The notes: generated by a model from the letters alone, not told the origin. A DNA stretch of 64,000 nt from an uncultured delta proteobacterium (GCA_963792965.1 CAWBYW010000004.1:192001-256000); one strand, 5' to 3'. Shown: positions 50,069 to 60,899, numbered from the stretch's first letter. Program-made: numbers and translations.

Positions 50069-50742
50069 GGAAGAGTATCGCCGCACTGCGGTCACACCTC
50101 GAATATCTCAAGGCGATCGGGGTCGAGTGGATTCCGAAAAGGGAACGTAGAGAGATGGTCGCTGACCATACGCTGACGCTCATGGATGTCCGACAAGAAC
50201 TGGGCAAATGCGTCCGCTGCAAGCTCTCCAAGGGCAGAAAGACGATCGTCTTCGGGGAAGGAAGCCCGAACGCGGGGATTATGTTCGTTGGAGAGGGGCC
50301 GGGCGCCGATGAAGATATCCAGGGACGTCCCTTCGTGGGCAGGGCGGGGCAGCTGTTGACGAAGATCATCGAGGCCATCGACTTCAAACGGGAAGAGGTC
50401 TATATCACCAATATCGTCAAGTGCCGTCCCCCCAACAACCGGGTTCCCGAGCCGGACGAGGTAGGCGCCTGCATCCCCTTCCTCAGGAATCAGATCGCGG
50501 TGATCCGCCCCGTCATCGTCGTCGCGTTGGGCGCCGTTGCCACCAATAATCTCCTCTCGGCCACCCTTTCGATCACGAAGGTCAGGGGCGAGTTTCGGGA
50601 GATGGGAGGGGTTCTCGTCATGCCGACGTTCCACCCATCCTACCTCCTTAGGAACCCCGGGGCCAAGCGCGAGGTCTGGGAGGACGTGAAGAAAGTCAGG
50701 GATCGCTACCGCATGATAGAAAGAGGTGAACAGGGTGCGTAG
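50047..50742 (+). CDS. Family-4 uracil-DNA glycosylase
   Basis: CxxC, GEGPG..ED..G.PFVG.AG, KCRPP.NR, TFHPSY. Confidence 0.93.
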   Translation: MEVDPQVRKSIAALRSHLEYLKAIGVEWIPKRERREMVADHTLTLMDVRQELGKCVRCKLSKGRKTIVFGEGSPNAGIMFVGEGPGADEDIQGRPFVGRAGQLLTKIIEAIDFKREEVYITNIVKCRPPNNRVPEPDEVGACIPFLRNQIAVIRPVIVVALGAVATNNLLSATLSITKVRGEFREMGGVLVMPTFHPSYLLRNPGAKREVWEDVKKVRDRYRMIERGEQGA

Positions 50743-52039
50743 ATTCTTTATCATCATCAATCTCGGCATGTTCTTTATGGGGATCGTCTTCTGCTTTGTC
50801 CCCGCGCTTCTCGGCCAGACACCGAGGCCCGCCCCGGTCAGCGTACTGCCGCTTAAGGGGGTCATCAACCCGGTCTCCGCCGAATATCTCGTCGACGGGA
50901 TCAGGGACGCCCAGAACAAGGGGTATCAAGCCGTCATCATCGAGCTGGATACTCCCGGCGGGCTTGACGAGTCGATGCGCGACATCATCCAGACGATGAT
51001 CAAGGCAAAGATACCGATCATCGTCTACGTCTATCCCTCCGGTGGGAGGGCGGCGTCGGCAGGGGCGTTCATCACCATCGCCGCCGACATCGCCGCCATG
51101 AGTCCCAAGACCAATATCGGCGCCGCGTCTCCCGTCTCTATCGGCGAGCAGCTCGACGAGACCATGAAGGCAAAGGTCACCAACGACGCCGCGGCCTATA
51201 TTACGGGGCTGGCCACCAACAACAACAGGAACGCCGAGATCGCGCGGAAGATGGTCACCGATGCGCTGTCCATTCCGGCCGAGGAGGCGCTGAAGGATAA
51301 CATCATCACCCTCATTGCCACCGACCGGTCCAACCTGATCGCCCAGCTGGATAATAAGACCTTCCCCACCTCAAAGGGAAACGTCACGTTTCACCTCACC
51401 GGGGCAGAGGTCGTCGAGAACCCGATGGGCTTTCGTAGCGAATTCCTCTTTATCCTCAGCAACCCCAACATCGCCTATATCCTCATGATGCTGGGGATCA
51501 TGGGGCTCTATTTTGAGCTGGCCAATCCGGGGGCCGTCCTCCCCGGGGTCCTCGGAGGAATCTGCCTCGTGCTCGCCTTCTACTCGTTCCAGACGCTCCC
51601 GGTCAACTACGCGGGGGTACTCCTCATCCTCTTTGCGGTGCTCCTGTTCATCCTCGAGATCAAGGCGACGACACACGGTTTCCTTGCCATCGGTGGGGTT
51701 ATCGCCCTCTTTTTCGGTTCGATTCTGCTTATTAACACTCAGGTTGAGTTTCTCAGGATATCTATGGAAGTTATCTTGCCAACGGTCATTGGGGTCGCCC
51801 TCTTTTTCGGCCTTGTTGCGTATCTTGCGATTAAAGCATATCGGAGAAAGCCCAGCACCGGCACGGAAGGAATCGTCGGCGAGATCGGCGTCGCCAAGAG
51901 TCCGGTCAGTGCAGAGGGGGGGCGGGTCTTCATCCACGGGGAGTGGTGGGACGCGATAAGCGACGAGCCGATCCCCGAAGGGGCGAAGGTCAAGGTTGTC
52001 GCAAGCACGAACCTTGTCATCACCGTACAAAAGGTGTAA
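50726..52039 (+). CDS. nfeD: NfeD-family membrane serine protease (ClpP-like, TM and OB domains)
   Basis: LDTPGG, RAASAG, IGAASPV, C-terminal GRVFIHGEWW.A. Confidence 0.92.
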   Translation: MNRVRRFFIIINLGMFFMGIVFCFVPALLGQTPRPAPVSVLPLKGVINPVSAEYLVDGIRDAQNKGYQAVIIELDTPGGLDESMRDIIQTMIKAKIPIIVYVYPSGGRAASAGAFITIAADIAAMSPKTNIGAASPVSIGEQLDETMKAKVTNDAAAYITGLATNNNRNAEIARKMVTDALSIPAEEALKDNIITLIATDRSNLIAQLDNKTFPTSKGNVTFHLTGAEVVENPMGFRSEFLFILSNPNIAYILMMLGIMGLYFELANPGAVLPGVLGGICLVLAFYSFQTLPVNYAGVLLILFAVLLFILEIKATTHGFLAIGGVIALFFGSILLINTQVEFLRISMEVILPTVIGVALFFGLVAYLAIKAYRRKPSTGTEGIVGEIGVAKSPVSAEGGRVFIHGEWWDAISDEPIPEGAKVKVVASTNLVITVQKV

Positions 52040-52058
52040 GGGATAGGGCCGAACGGTT

Positions 52059-53069
52059 ATGGGAGAGCGGATAAGCGCCCTCTCGGTCATATCGGGAGGG
52101 CTCGACAGCATACTGGCGACCCGTATCATGATGGATCAGGGGACCAGGGTCACGGCGATTCACTTCGCCACCCCCTTCTTCGGCAACCTCCCCGGTCGTG
52201 ACGGCGGCACCTTTTGTGAGCGGATGAGGGAGAAGTTCGGGATAACGGCAGTCTCGGTGGAAATAACCGAGAGATATATCACGATGCTTTCCTCGCCAAG
52301 CTACGGCTACGGCAAGAACTTCAACCCCTGCGTAGACTGTAAAATCTTGCTGTTTTCCGCCGCTCGTGAAATGATGGACGATTACGACGCACGCTTTATC
52401 ATTACGGGCGAGGTCCTGGGGCAGAGGCCCATGTCACAGCGGCGGGACGCCATGCGGGTCATCGAGCGCGATTCGGGGACTACTGGGATTCTGCTCAGGC
52501 CTTTGTCGGCAAAGCTATTCAAGCCGACCGTCCCCGAAGAGAACGGGTCGGTAAACAGGGACGAGCTCTTCTCGTTTTCGGGCCGCTCGCGTAAACCCCA
52601 GATCGAGCTTGCGGCACGTCTCGGGATCACGGGGTATCCGGCGCCGGCGGGAGGCTGCTGCCTGACCGATCCGATCCAGGCCGTGCGGATCAGGAAACTC
52701 TACACGATGAGTGAGCACCCCGATCGTCGGCAGGCCAAGCTGATTCAGATCGGGCGGCCCTTCCATCTCGGGAACGGCACGATCCTTTCGGTGGGAAGAA
52801 ATGAAGCAGAAAACGAGACTATCGAAGGACTTGCGGCCGAGGGGGATCTTTTTGTCAAGCTGGTCGACATACCCGGGCCGCTTGGTCTCCTGGTCGGCGA
52901 TGCAGACCAGGATATGAGGCGGCGCGCAATGTCGATCGTGGCATATTTCAGCAAGGCGCGGGATCTCTCGGCGGTGCGGGTTGGCATGGGGACGGCTCCC
53001 GACTCCTTTGAGACTGTGTGGGATGTGACGCCCGCCGGTGAAAACGAAATCGTTCAAATGAGATTTTGA
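52059..53069 (+). CDS. ThiI/MnmA-like PP-loop tRNA thiolase-related protein (DUF814-type C-terminus)
   Basis: SGGLDS, NPCVDCK, TGEVLGQRPMSQ, PAGGCCLT, VGRN..EN. Confidence 0.85.
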   Translation: MGERISALSVISGGLDSILATRIMMDQGTRVTAIHFATPFFGNLPGRDGGTFCERMREKFGITAVSVEITERYITMLSSPSYGYGKNFNPCVDCKILLFSAAREMMDDYDARFIITGEVLGQRPMSQRRDAMRVIERDSGTTGILLRPLSAKLFKPTVPEENGSVNRDELFSFSGRSRKPQIELAARLGITGYPAPAGGCCLTDPIQAVRIRKLYTMSEHPDRRQAKLIQIGRPFHLGNGTILSVGRNEAENETIEGLAAEGDLFVKLVDIPGPLGLLVGDADQDMRRRAMSIVAYFSKARDLSAVRVGMGTAPDSFETVWDVTPAGENEIVQMRF

Positions 53070-53092
53070 CGAATATAAAAAAAGGGAAGACA

Positions 53093-54088
53093 ATGAGAAG
53101 ATCGCGAATTATGTCGACGGGGAGGTACCTGCCTCCCAAGGTCGTGACTAACCATGATCTGGCGAAAGTCATGAATACGAACGACACATGGATTCAGGAA
53201 CGGAGCGGGATCGTCGAGCGGCACTATGTCGAGGGGGAGGTCGGGGCCTCCGATCTCGGCTTTGAGGCGAGCAAGATCGCCATTGAGCGCGCCGGGATCA
53301 CCGCCCAGGACCTCGACATGATCATCTTTGCCACGCTAAGCCCGGACTATACGTTTCCCGGCCCAGGGTGTCTTCTTCAGGACATGCTCAAAGTGCCGGG
53401 GATTGCGGTGGTCGATATCAGGAACCAGTGTACCGGCTTTCTGTACGGGATGTCGATAGCCGATCAGTTCATCAAGACGGGGATGTTCAACAAGATCCTC
53501 GTCTGCGGGGCGGAGGTCCACTCGACGGGTCTGGAGTTCGCCGATTCGGGGAGGGACGTGACGGTGCTATTCGGAGACGGCGGCGGAGCGATGGTCATCG
53601 GCGTGAGCGATGACCCTGAAAGGGGAATCCTTTCGACCCACCTGCACGCAGACGGCAGGGGCTTCCGCGACCTCTGGATCGAGGGGCCGGCCAGCCGCTA
53701 CATGCCGCGGGTAACACACCAAATGATCGACGAGGGGAGACAATGGCCCAAGATGAACGGCAAGAACGTCTTCAGAAACGCGGTCAGTTATCTGCCCGAG
53801 GTAATTAACGAGGCGCTGACGGCCAACAACGCCACGCTTGAACAGCTCGCGTGGCTGATACCCCACCAGGCCAACATGCGCATCAACCAGTTCGTCGCGC
53901 ATAAGCTCGGCTTCCCCCAGGAGAAGGTCTGGCACAACATCCAGCGGTACGGCAACACCACCGCCGCGACACTTCCCCTCTGTCTGGACGAGATGCTTGA
54001 GCAGAACCTGGTCAAAGAGCGGGACCTCTTGATGTTTGCGGCATTCGGCGCCGGCTTCACGTGGGGCTCGGCGCTCGTCAGGTGGTAG
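53093..54088 (+). CDS. fabH: 3-oxoacyl-ACP synthase III
   Basis: Catalytic Cys in NQCTGF, FGDG, PHQAN.RI, GNT, FGAGFTW. Confidence 0.93.
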   Translation: MRRSRIMSTGRYLPPKVVTNHDLAKVMNTNDTWIQERSGIVERHYVEGEVGASDLGFEASKIAIERAGITAQDLDMIIFATLSPDYTFPGPGCLLQDMLKVPGIAVVDIRNQCTGFLYGMSIADQFIKTGMFNKILVCGAEVHSTGLEFADSGRDVTVLFGDGGGAMVIGVSDDPERGILSTHLHADGRGFRDLWIEGPASRYMPRVTHQMIDEGRQWPKMNGKNVFRNAVSYLPEVINEALTANNATLEQLAWLIPHQANMRINQFVAHKLGFPQEKVWHNIQRYGNTTAATLPLCLDEMLEQNLVKERDLLMFAAFGAGFTWGSALVRW

Positions 54089-54172
54089 CCTCGTCGTTTA
54101 TTAGTGTCTCGAATCGGGGGCGGGCACGGGATAGCATCCCACCCGCCCTTATGTATATGGAGAGCGCCCATC

Positions 54173-56803
54173 GTGGAAGACCTCACTCCCGCCCTCAGAC
54201 AATATGTCCAGATCAAGGAGCAGTATCGGGACTGCATCCTCTTTTTTCGGATGGGCGACTTTTACGAGATGTTCTTCGAGGACGCAACGACCGCCTCGCC
54301 GATCCTTGAGATCGCACTGACCACCCGGGACAGAAACAAAGAAAACCCCGTCCCCATGTGCGGCGTCCCCTATCACGCCGCCGACGTCTACATCGCAAAG
54401 CTTCTGAAAAAGGGCCTCAAGGTCGCCGTCTGTGAGCAGATGGAAGACCCGTCACAGGCAAAGGGGATCATCCGCAGGGAGGTCGTCCGGGTGATCACCC
54501 CGGGGCTGGTTTCGGAGCTATCGCAGCTTGTCGAAAAAGAGCACACGTATATCTCCGGCATCGTTTTTCGGGAGGGGAGGTGGGGCGTGGCGTTTCTCGA
54601 TTTTTCCACCGGGGAGTTCAAGACGACCGAAGTATCGGACGTATCTGAGCTCATTGACGAGCTCTACACGGCCAACCCGAGGGAAGCAGTGCTCCCCGAG
54701 GACATCAGAGGCGCGAATAGAGACGATTCTTTAGATCGCGCCCTTGCCGATGTCCTGGTCAATTACGTCGACCGGCGGATTTTCGAGCGCGATACCGCCG
54801 AGAAGGCCATAAAGGATATCTTGCATCTTGACAGCGTCGATGGACTGGGGCTGTCGGAAAGACCCTGCGCACTTTCCGCCGTCGGAGGCCTTCTCCGATA
54901 CGTGAGCGACTACCAGAAAGGGGACATCAGTCATGTCTCCTATCCCCGTCTTTATATGGCGACCGACTCGATGGTGATAGACGAGGTGACAAAACGCAAC
55001 CTCGAGCTGACCAGGACCATCTACGAGGGCGCCCGGCGGGGTTCTCTCTTGTCGCTGCTGGACAGGACCGTGACCCCAATGGGGGGCAGGCTCGTCAGGG
55101 AATGGATCAACTATCCGCTGATGGATCCCGGCCGGATTGCGGCCCGTCTGGATGCGGTCCAGGAGCTCTCCGGGTCGACGGATATTTGCGGGGAGATACG
55201 GGGATGCCTCTCAAAGATCACGGACATCGAGCGGCTTGCCGGAAGGGTATCTCTGAAGATCGCCGGCGCGCGAGACCTCGTGTCCCTCTCGGGATCGCTT
55301 ACCCTGATACCGAAGATAAAGGAACTCCTGTCCGGGTTTGTCGGCGCCACTCTTTTCAGCGTATCGGAAGGTCTTGAGGATTTTTCGGGCCTTGTGACGA
55401 GAATCGACGGAACGCTGGCTGAGACCGTACCCCACTCGGTGCGGGAGGGAGGATTTATCAGGGACGGGGTGGACAAGGATCTCGATGAGCTGAGGGGACT
55501 GTCACGTTCGGGCAAGGATTGGATCATCGATCTTGAGGCACGAGAGAGAAAGAGGACGGGCATCTCCAGCCTCAAGGTGAGGTTCAACAAGGTCTTTGGA
55601 TATTATATCGAGGTGACCAATTCCTACCTGTCGATGGTGCCCGGCGACTACGTCCGGAGACAGACCCTGGTGGGTGCCGAGCGGTTCATCACCCCGGACC
55701 TCAAGGAGTACGAGGCGAAGGTCCTGGGGGCCGAGGATCGCATCAAAGTTATCGAATACGACATCTTTTGCGCGCTGCGGGAAGACGTGCGGGGATGGAT
55801 CGCAGCGATTCAGCGGGCGTCGGCCAGGCTCGCCGAGCTGGACGTCCTGACGAATCTTGCCGCGGTCGCTCTTGATTACGGCTACACGAGGCCGGTGGTG
55901 GACGACGGGTCCGTCATTGAGATCCGTGAGGGGAGACACCCGATGGTCGAGCGCTCGCTCCCGCCGGGCTCCTTTGTCCCCAACGACGTCATGGCGGACT
56001 CGGGCGAGCACCAGCTCTTAATCATCACGGGACCGAATATGGCCGGGAAATCCACGATCATCCGTCAGGTGGCAATAATCGTGATGATGGCGCAGATGGG
56101 AAGCTTCGTGCCCGCAGGATCAGCTCATATAGGGGTGGTAGATCGAATATTTGCCCGTGTCGGGGCGTCGGACTCCCTCGTCAAGGGGCAGTCGACCTTC
56201 ATGGTCGAAATGGTGGAGACCGCAAATATCCTCAACAATGCCACCGAGAAATCCCTCGTGATCCTTGACGAGATAGGCAGGGGCACGGGCACGTTTGACG
56301 GCATCTCTATTGCGTGGGCGGTGGCTGAGTATATCCACGACAGCGCCGTATGCCGTCCGCGGACCCTCTTTGCGACACACTACCACGAGCTGACGGAGCT
56401 CTCGGCGGTCAAGGAGCGGGTAAAGAACTATCACGTCGCCGTTAGAGAGTGGAATGAGAGGATTATATTCCTCCGGAAGCTGGAGGAGGGCGTATCGAGC
56501 CACAGTTACGGGATCGAGGTGGCGAGGCTCGCGGGGATCCCGCCCGAAGTCCTCGCGCGGGCGCGCGAGATCCTCGAAAACCTCGAAAAAGGTGAATTCA
56601 CGCCTCAAGGAACGCCGACGCTCGCGGCGGGGATGGCGGCTCCCATCGGGAGCCGAAGACGTCAGCTCGATCTTTTTGCCGATACGAAAGAGCAGATCAT
56701 CGAAGAGATCAAATCGATGGACGTCTACGCGATGACGCCGCTGGACGCGATGAAGAAGCTCGACGAGCTCAAGGAAAAAATAAAAAAAACAGGGCTCGAG
56801 TGA
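54173..56803 (+). CDS. mutS: DNA mismatch repair protein MutS
   Basis: FRMGDFYE, TGPNMAGKST, DEIGRGT, FATHYHEL, SYGI.VA. Confidence 0.98.
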   Translation: MEDLTPALRQYVQIKEQYRDCILFFRMGDFYEMFFEDATTASPILEIALTTRDRNKENPVPMCGVPYHAADVYIAKLLKKGLKVAVCEQMEDPSQAKGIIRREVVRVITPGLVSELSQLVEKEHTYISGIVFREGRWGVAFLDFSTGEFKTTEVSDVSELIDELYTANPREAVLPEDIRGANRDDSLDRALADVLVNYVDRRIFERDTAEKAIKDILHLDSVDGLGLSERPCALSAVGGLLRYVSDYQKGDISHVSYPRLYMATDSMVIDEVTKRNLELTRTIYEGARRGSLLSLLDRTVTPMGGRLVREWINYPLMDPGRIAARLDAVQELSGSTDICGEIRGCLSKITDIERLAGRVSLKIAGARDLVSLSGSLTLIPKIKELLSGFVGATLFSVSEGLEDFSGLVTRIDGTLAETVPHSVREGGFIRDGVDKDLDELRGLSRSGKDWIIDLEARERKRTGISSLKVRFNKVFGYYIEVTNSYLSMVPGDYVRRQTLVGAERFITPDLKEYEAKVLGAEDRIKVIEYDIFCALREDVRGWIAAIQRASARLAELDVLTNLAAVALDYGYTRPVVDDGSVIEIREGRHPMVERSLPPGSFVPNDVMADSGEHQLLIITGPNMAGKSTIIRQVAIIVMMAQMGSFVPAGSAHIGVVDRIFARVGASDSLVKGQSTFMVEMVETANILNNATEKSLVILDEIGRGTGTFDGISIAWAVAEYIHDSAVCRPRTLFATHYHELTELSAVKERVKNYHVAVREWNERIIFLRKLEEGVSSHSYGIEVARLAGIPPEVLARAREILENLEKGEFTPQGTPTLAAGMAAPIGSRRRQLDLFADTKEQIIEEIKSMDVYAMTPLDAMKKLDELKEKIKKTGLE

Positions 56804-56913
56804 AAATTTTACTTGATTAATCCTAAACCATATGAGAATATCTAAAACGAAAATTTTGGTACAATGGGGGGGAATGGCTTTTTTGTTTTTATTGTTTCCA
56901 CACCTGACGCGGA

Positions 56914-57234
56914 GTGAAACGCATGAAAGATGAGCTGAAAAAGATGCTCGAATTTGAGGCGAAGGCCCGTGAGATCCTCGAGGATTCCAGAAGAAATGCC
57001 GAGAAGATGCGCGGCGACGCCCAGCGCCAGGCCGAAGAATTATTGAAATCGGAACGCTTCAAAGCCGAAGACGAAGCCCAAAGGATCAAGGAGAGTATCA
57101 TCAAGGACGCCGAGGAAGAAGCGGAAAAGATGAAGATGCGCACGGCAAAAAGCATACAGGAACAGGAGGCCAGGGCAAAGAAGAGGATCGACGCGGCCGC
57201 CTCCACAATATTGAAAGAAGTGTTCAATTTGTAA
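56914..57234 (+). CDS. atpH: A/V-type ATPase subunit H/G (operon 2)
   Basis: Highly charged coiled coil; first gene of the second operon. Confidence 0.7.
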   Translation: MKRMKDELKKMLEFEAKAREILEDSRRNAEKMRGDAQRQAEELLKSERFKAEDEAQRIKESIIKDAEEEAEKMKMRTAKSIQEQEARAKKRIDAAASTILKEVFNL

Positions 57235-57267
57235 TCCATTTCCTCACCCCGCTTCACGGCAGAGACA

Positions 57268-58308
57268 ATGCTCCTTGATGTCATGAAATACTCCTTCATC
57301 AACGCCAAAATTCGGGCGATGAAGAGCAGTCTCCTCAAAGATACCGTCTATCAGCAGCTTCTGGAAACCACACACCTTGATGCGTTTGTAAAAGCCCTTA
57401 TGGAGACCGGCTACTCGGACGAGCTCTCCTCCGTCGACACGAAGAACCCCCAGATATCGGACGTCATCGTCGCCCTCGACACCAATCTCGTCAAATATTA
57501 TCAGGGCATCCTCAAGTACTTTATGGAGAGAAATGAGAACAAGTTCATCCGCCTTCTCCTCTCGCGGCTCGAGATAGAGAATATCAAGATCATCATCAGG
57601 GGGAAGTTCAAGGGGATCACCCCGGCCATGATCGGCGACAATCTGGTCCCGACCGACGGCCTTTCGGGTCTCGATTTCGAGGAGCTTATCGGCAGCAAGG
57701 ATGTGGAGCACTTCGTTTCGCTCCTGGCGGGGACGCGCTATGAAGCGCCGCTCAAACAGGCGCTGCCGGTCTTCGAGCGTGACAGGAGGCCCGCCGTCCT
57801 GGAGCGACCTCTCGATAATCTCTATTTCCTGGACATGGCGAAGACAATAAAGACCCTCTCGAGGGCGGACTATTACGTTACGCGCATGTATCTCGGCACA
57901 TTTTGCGACATCACCAACATCATGATAATCCTCAGAAATCGCCTCTTCTTTGCCATGCCCTCGGACGAAGTCATGACCATGTATATCCCCTTCGGGTATC
58001 GATTCACGAGAACCGAGGCGGTGATCCTTTCCAGGACCACAGAAGATGACTATCGGGAGGCGCTGGCCAAGACACACTACGGCAAAAAGGTGACGAGCTT
58101 CAAGATGCTCTCAGACCTTGAGATGGGCTTCGGCGCCATCTTGATGGCCTTAACGAAGAAGATTCTGATGGGATACCCGTTTCACATCGGGACCGTCACG
58201 GGATTTCTCGCCCTGAAGGAGGCGGAGGTGGCCAACCTCAAGAGCATCGCCGAAGGGAAGAGACACGGCCTTTCTGAAGGGCAGATCGGGGAGAGCCTGA
58301 TCAGGTAA
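57268..58308 (+). CDS. atpC: A/V-type ATPase subunit C/d (operon 2)
   Basis: YSFINAKIRAMKS.LL, E.ENIK...R, D..NI....R, KE.EV.NL..I.EG. Confidence 0.9.
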   Translation: MLLDVMKYSFINAKIRAMKSSLLKDTVYQQLLETTHLDAFVKALMETGYSDELSSVDTKNPQISDVIVALDTNLVKYYQGILKYFMERNENKFIRLLLSRLEIENIKIIIRGKFKGITPAMIGDNLVPTDGLSGLDFEELIGSKDVEHFVSLLAGTRYEAPLKQALPVFERDRRPAVLERPLDNLYFLDMAKTIKTLSRADYYVTRMYLGTFCDITNIMIILRNRLFFAMPSDEVMTMYIPFGYRFTRTEAVILSRTTEDDYREALAKTHYGKKVTSFKMLSDLEMGFGAILMALTKKILMGYPFHIGTVTGFLALKEAEVANLKSIAEGKRHGLSEGQIGESLIR

Positions 58309-58452
58309 CGGAGTCGTCGATGTGCCGTGCATGAAACATGCACAGCGCGGCCATCGCCACGGGATGGCCGGACGACCCGAAAAGCGAGAGACGGTTAGGG
58401 CGCGGGCGTTGAGAATAGCTCACGACTTTCTCTCTTTCGCCGAGGTAAGAGT

Positions 58453-60423
58453 ATGTTTCGTCCTGTTCCCATGACACGAGTCAGCGTCCTTATCCTCGAC
58501 AGAGATCTCGCAAAGGTAACCAACGATATCGGTCGCCTCGGGATCATGCACCTGATAGACCTCGGGAGCGCGCCGGGGCTGGCGGATATCGGCTGGACCC
58601 CCGGTCAGGAGCTGGACATACTGGCCCGCTATCAGACCGCCAAGCGGCAGCTCGATGAGATCTTTGTCCAGACCGAGATCTCACGCAGCGGCCCTTACAG
58701 CCCCGCGAAATTCGAGGTAGACCCCCTCAAGGATATCGATCATCTCGAGACCAGGATCGGGGAATTCTATAATCAGGTCAGATCCATCAACGAGCAGGTA
58801 TTCACCCTGCGTGACAGGCTGGCATTTGAAGAAGATAATCTTAAGAGGGCCACAAGCCTCGTCGGCATAGATTCCGACGTCGCCCTCATGAGAACGCTTG
58901 AAAACCTGCACGTCTCCGTCGGATATCTTCCGGTAAAATACCTCTCGAAGATCGGCGAGATTATCACGACTCCCTATACCGTCTATATATCCCTCGAACA
59001 GCGGGGAGAAAGACAGAAGGCGGCGTTCGCCTGTCTCCCCGGTGACGCCCAGCAGCTCGAGTCCCAGCTGAAGACGATCGGATTTGAGCAGCTTCTCCTG
59101 CCCGAGGATTGCACGGGAACCCCGGAAGAGGCGATCGGGCAGATCAACGCGAAAATCGATGAGATCAAGGTCAACATAGCCGAAAATGAAAATAAGCTGA
59201 GGGGATTCGGATGGACGTACCGGGGGGAGCTCCTCAGGGTGCGGGATCATCTGACAACGAATCTCGATATCCTCAAAGCGGTCAAGTCGATGGGCCTGTC
59301 GGAGCGCACCGCGCTCATCACCGGCTGGGTCCCGGGCAACGGCGTGGACAAGCTTGAGAAGACACTGAGGGCGACCCTTGGCGATAATTTCTACATGAGC
59401 GTCACCAAGCCCGAACAGATCCCGGAGGTCAAGACGGGAAGGGTCAAGGTGCCGGTCATTTTTAACAACCCGAAGCTTCTGGCTCCCTTCGAGATGCTCG
59501 TGACAACGTACGGGTCGCCGGACTACAATGAAATCGAACCGTCGGGTATCATCGGTGTGGCTTTCTTGCTGATGTTCGGCGTGATGTTCGGCGACGTCGG
59601 GCACGGCCTGGTCCTCTTCCTTCTCGGGAGATACCTGCAAAAGAAATTCAAGGAGGCCGAGACCATCGGGATGATCATGACACGGGCCGGCGTGTCGTCG
59701 ATGATCTTCGGCTTCTGCTTCGGCAGCATCTTCGGCTACGAGGATGTCATCCCGGCCCTGATCTTCCATCCGATAAAGAATATCAACACCTTCATGGCCA
59801 CGGCGGTCGCCTTCGGCGTCGTCTTCATCAGCATCGGCCTGATCATCAACATCATCAATTCGATCCGGGCGCGAAATATAGAAAAGGGGGTGCTCGAAAA
59901 CCACGGCTTGGCCGGCGCGCTCTTCTACTGGGGGGGCATCGGCTTTCTCATTAAATACCTGGTCTCGGGGACCCTTGGCGTGCCGAGCTGGGTGGTGGCC
60001 GCGGTCTTAGGCGTCCCGCTGTTTGTGATATTTCTCAAGGAGCCGATCATCCACGTGATCGAGCATAAACGGCCGATCCTGGACGAGCCGATCACTTATA
60101 TCATCAGCTCTCTCATCGAAGTGATGGAGACCTTCATCGGATTTCTCTCAAACACCGTCTCTTTTATCAGGGTGGCCGCCTTTTCGCTGGCGCATGCCGC
60201 GCTCTTTGCCGCCGTCTTCGAGATCATGAGAATGATCCACAACGGCGGCATCTCGTTTGCCGTCGAAATAGGCGGAAATGTCGTCATCATCGTCCTGGAA
60301 GGACTCGTGGTATCCATACAGTCGGTCAGGCTGATTTTCTATGAGTTCTTCAGCAAATTCTACTCGGGAGAAGGGGAGGCGTTTACCCCCATGAAGATAG
60401 GATATTTCTCGGATGAAGAATAG
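58453..60423 (+). CDS. atpI: A/V-type ATPase subunit I (operon 2)
   Basis: TGWVP, PFE.LV..YG.P.Y.E.EP, MFGDVGHG, SNTVSFIRVAAF, RL.FYEFFSKFY. Confidence 0.95.
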   Translation: MFRPVPMTRVSVLILDRDLAKVTNDIGRLGIMHLIDLGSAPGLADIGWTPGQELDILARYQTAKRQLDEIFVQTEISRSGPYSPAKFEVDPLKDIDHLETRIGEFYNQVRSINEQVFTLRDRLAFEEDNLKRATSLVGIDSDVALMRTLENLHVSVGYLPVKYLSKIGEIITTPYTVYISLEQRGERQKAAFACLPGDAQQLESQLKTIGFEQLLLPEDCTGTPEEAIGQINAKIDEIKVNIAENENKLRGFGWTYRGELLRVRDHLTTNLDILKAVKSMGLSERTALITGWVPGNGVDKLEKTLRATLGDNFYMSVTKPEQIPEVKTGRVKVPVIFNNPKLLAPFEMLVTTYGSPDYNEIEPSGIIGVAFLLMFGVMFGDVGHGLVLFLLGRYLQKKFKEAETIGMIMTRAGVSSMIFGFCFGSIFGYEDVIPALIFHPIKNINTFMATAVAFGVVFISIGLIINIINSIRARNIEKGVLENHGLAGALFYWGGIGFLIKYLVSGTLGVPSWVVAAVLGVPLFVIFLKEPIIHVIEHKRPILDEPITYIISSLIEVMETFIGFLSNTVSFIRVAAFSLAHAALFAAVFEIMRMIHNGGISFAVEIGGNVVIIVLEGLVVSIQSVRLIFYEFFSKFYSGEGEAFTPMKIGYFSDEE

Positions 60424-60463
60424 GACTCGTAATCAGAGCACTACGAGGTAAAGGAGTTGTCGT

Positions 60464-60880
60464 ATGAAACTGAAAGAGATGATTATTGGTCTTTTGGTCC
60501 TTAACGTCGTGATCGCACTGGGAGTCGGGGTGTTTGTCTTCTTCGCGCCGAACCCGAGCTTTGGTTTCCAAACGAATACGGGCGCCCCTGCAACCGCCCC
60601 GACGACAACGCCGACGTCCGCGCCCACAACCGGCGCTGCAGGACCTTCGGCACCCGCCTCCAACGAGAAAGGATGGGGATACATTGCCGCCGCGCTCTCG
60701 ACGGGTATCGCGGCGCTTGGCGCCGGCGTTGCGGTCAGCGGGGTCGGCTCGGCCGCGATGGGCGCGATAAGCGAGAAGCCCGAGTTACTGGGCCGCTCCC
60801 TGATCTTCGTGGGCCTCGCAGAAGGTATCGCGATCTACGGTCTGATTATCTCGATCATGATTCTCGGAAGACTGGGCTGA
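60464..60880 (+). CDS. atpK: A/V-type ATPase subunit K (single hairpin with N-terminal extension; operon 2)
   Basis: GAG.AV..VG.AA.GAISEKPE, GLAEGIAIYGLII. Confidence 0.93.
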   Translation: MKLKEMIIGLLVLNVVIALGVGVFVFFAPNPSFGFQTNTGAPATAPTTTPTSAPTTGAAGPSAPASNEKGWGYIAAALSTGIAALGAGVAVSGVGSAAMGAISEKPELLGRSLIFVGLAEGIAIYGLIISIMILGRLG

Positions 60881-60899
60881 TTTCACAGAGAAGAACGGT

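Noticed and set aside
58309-58452. Two short hairpins between subunits C and I of operon 2
   Set aside because: Not repeated elsewhere in the window and no U-tract; at most mRNA-stability elements
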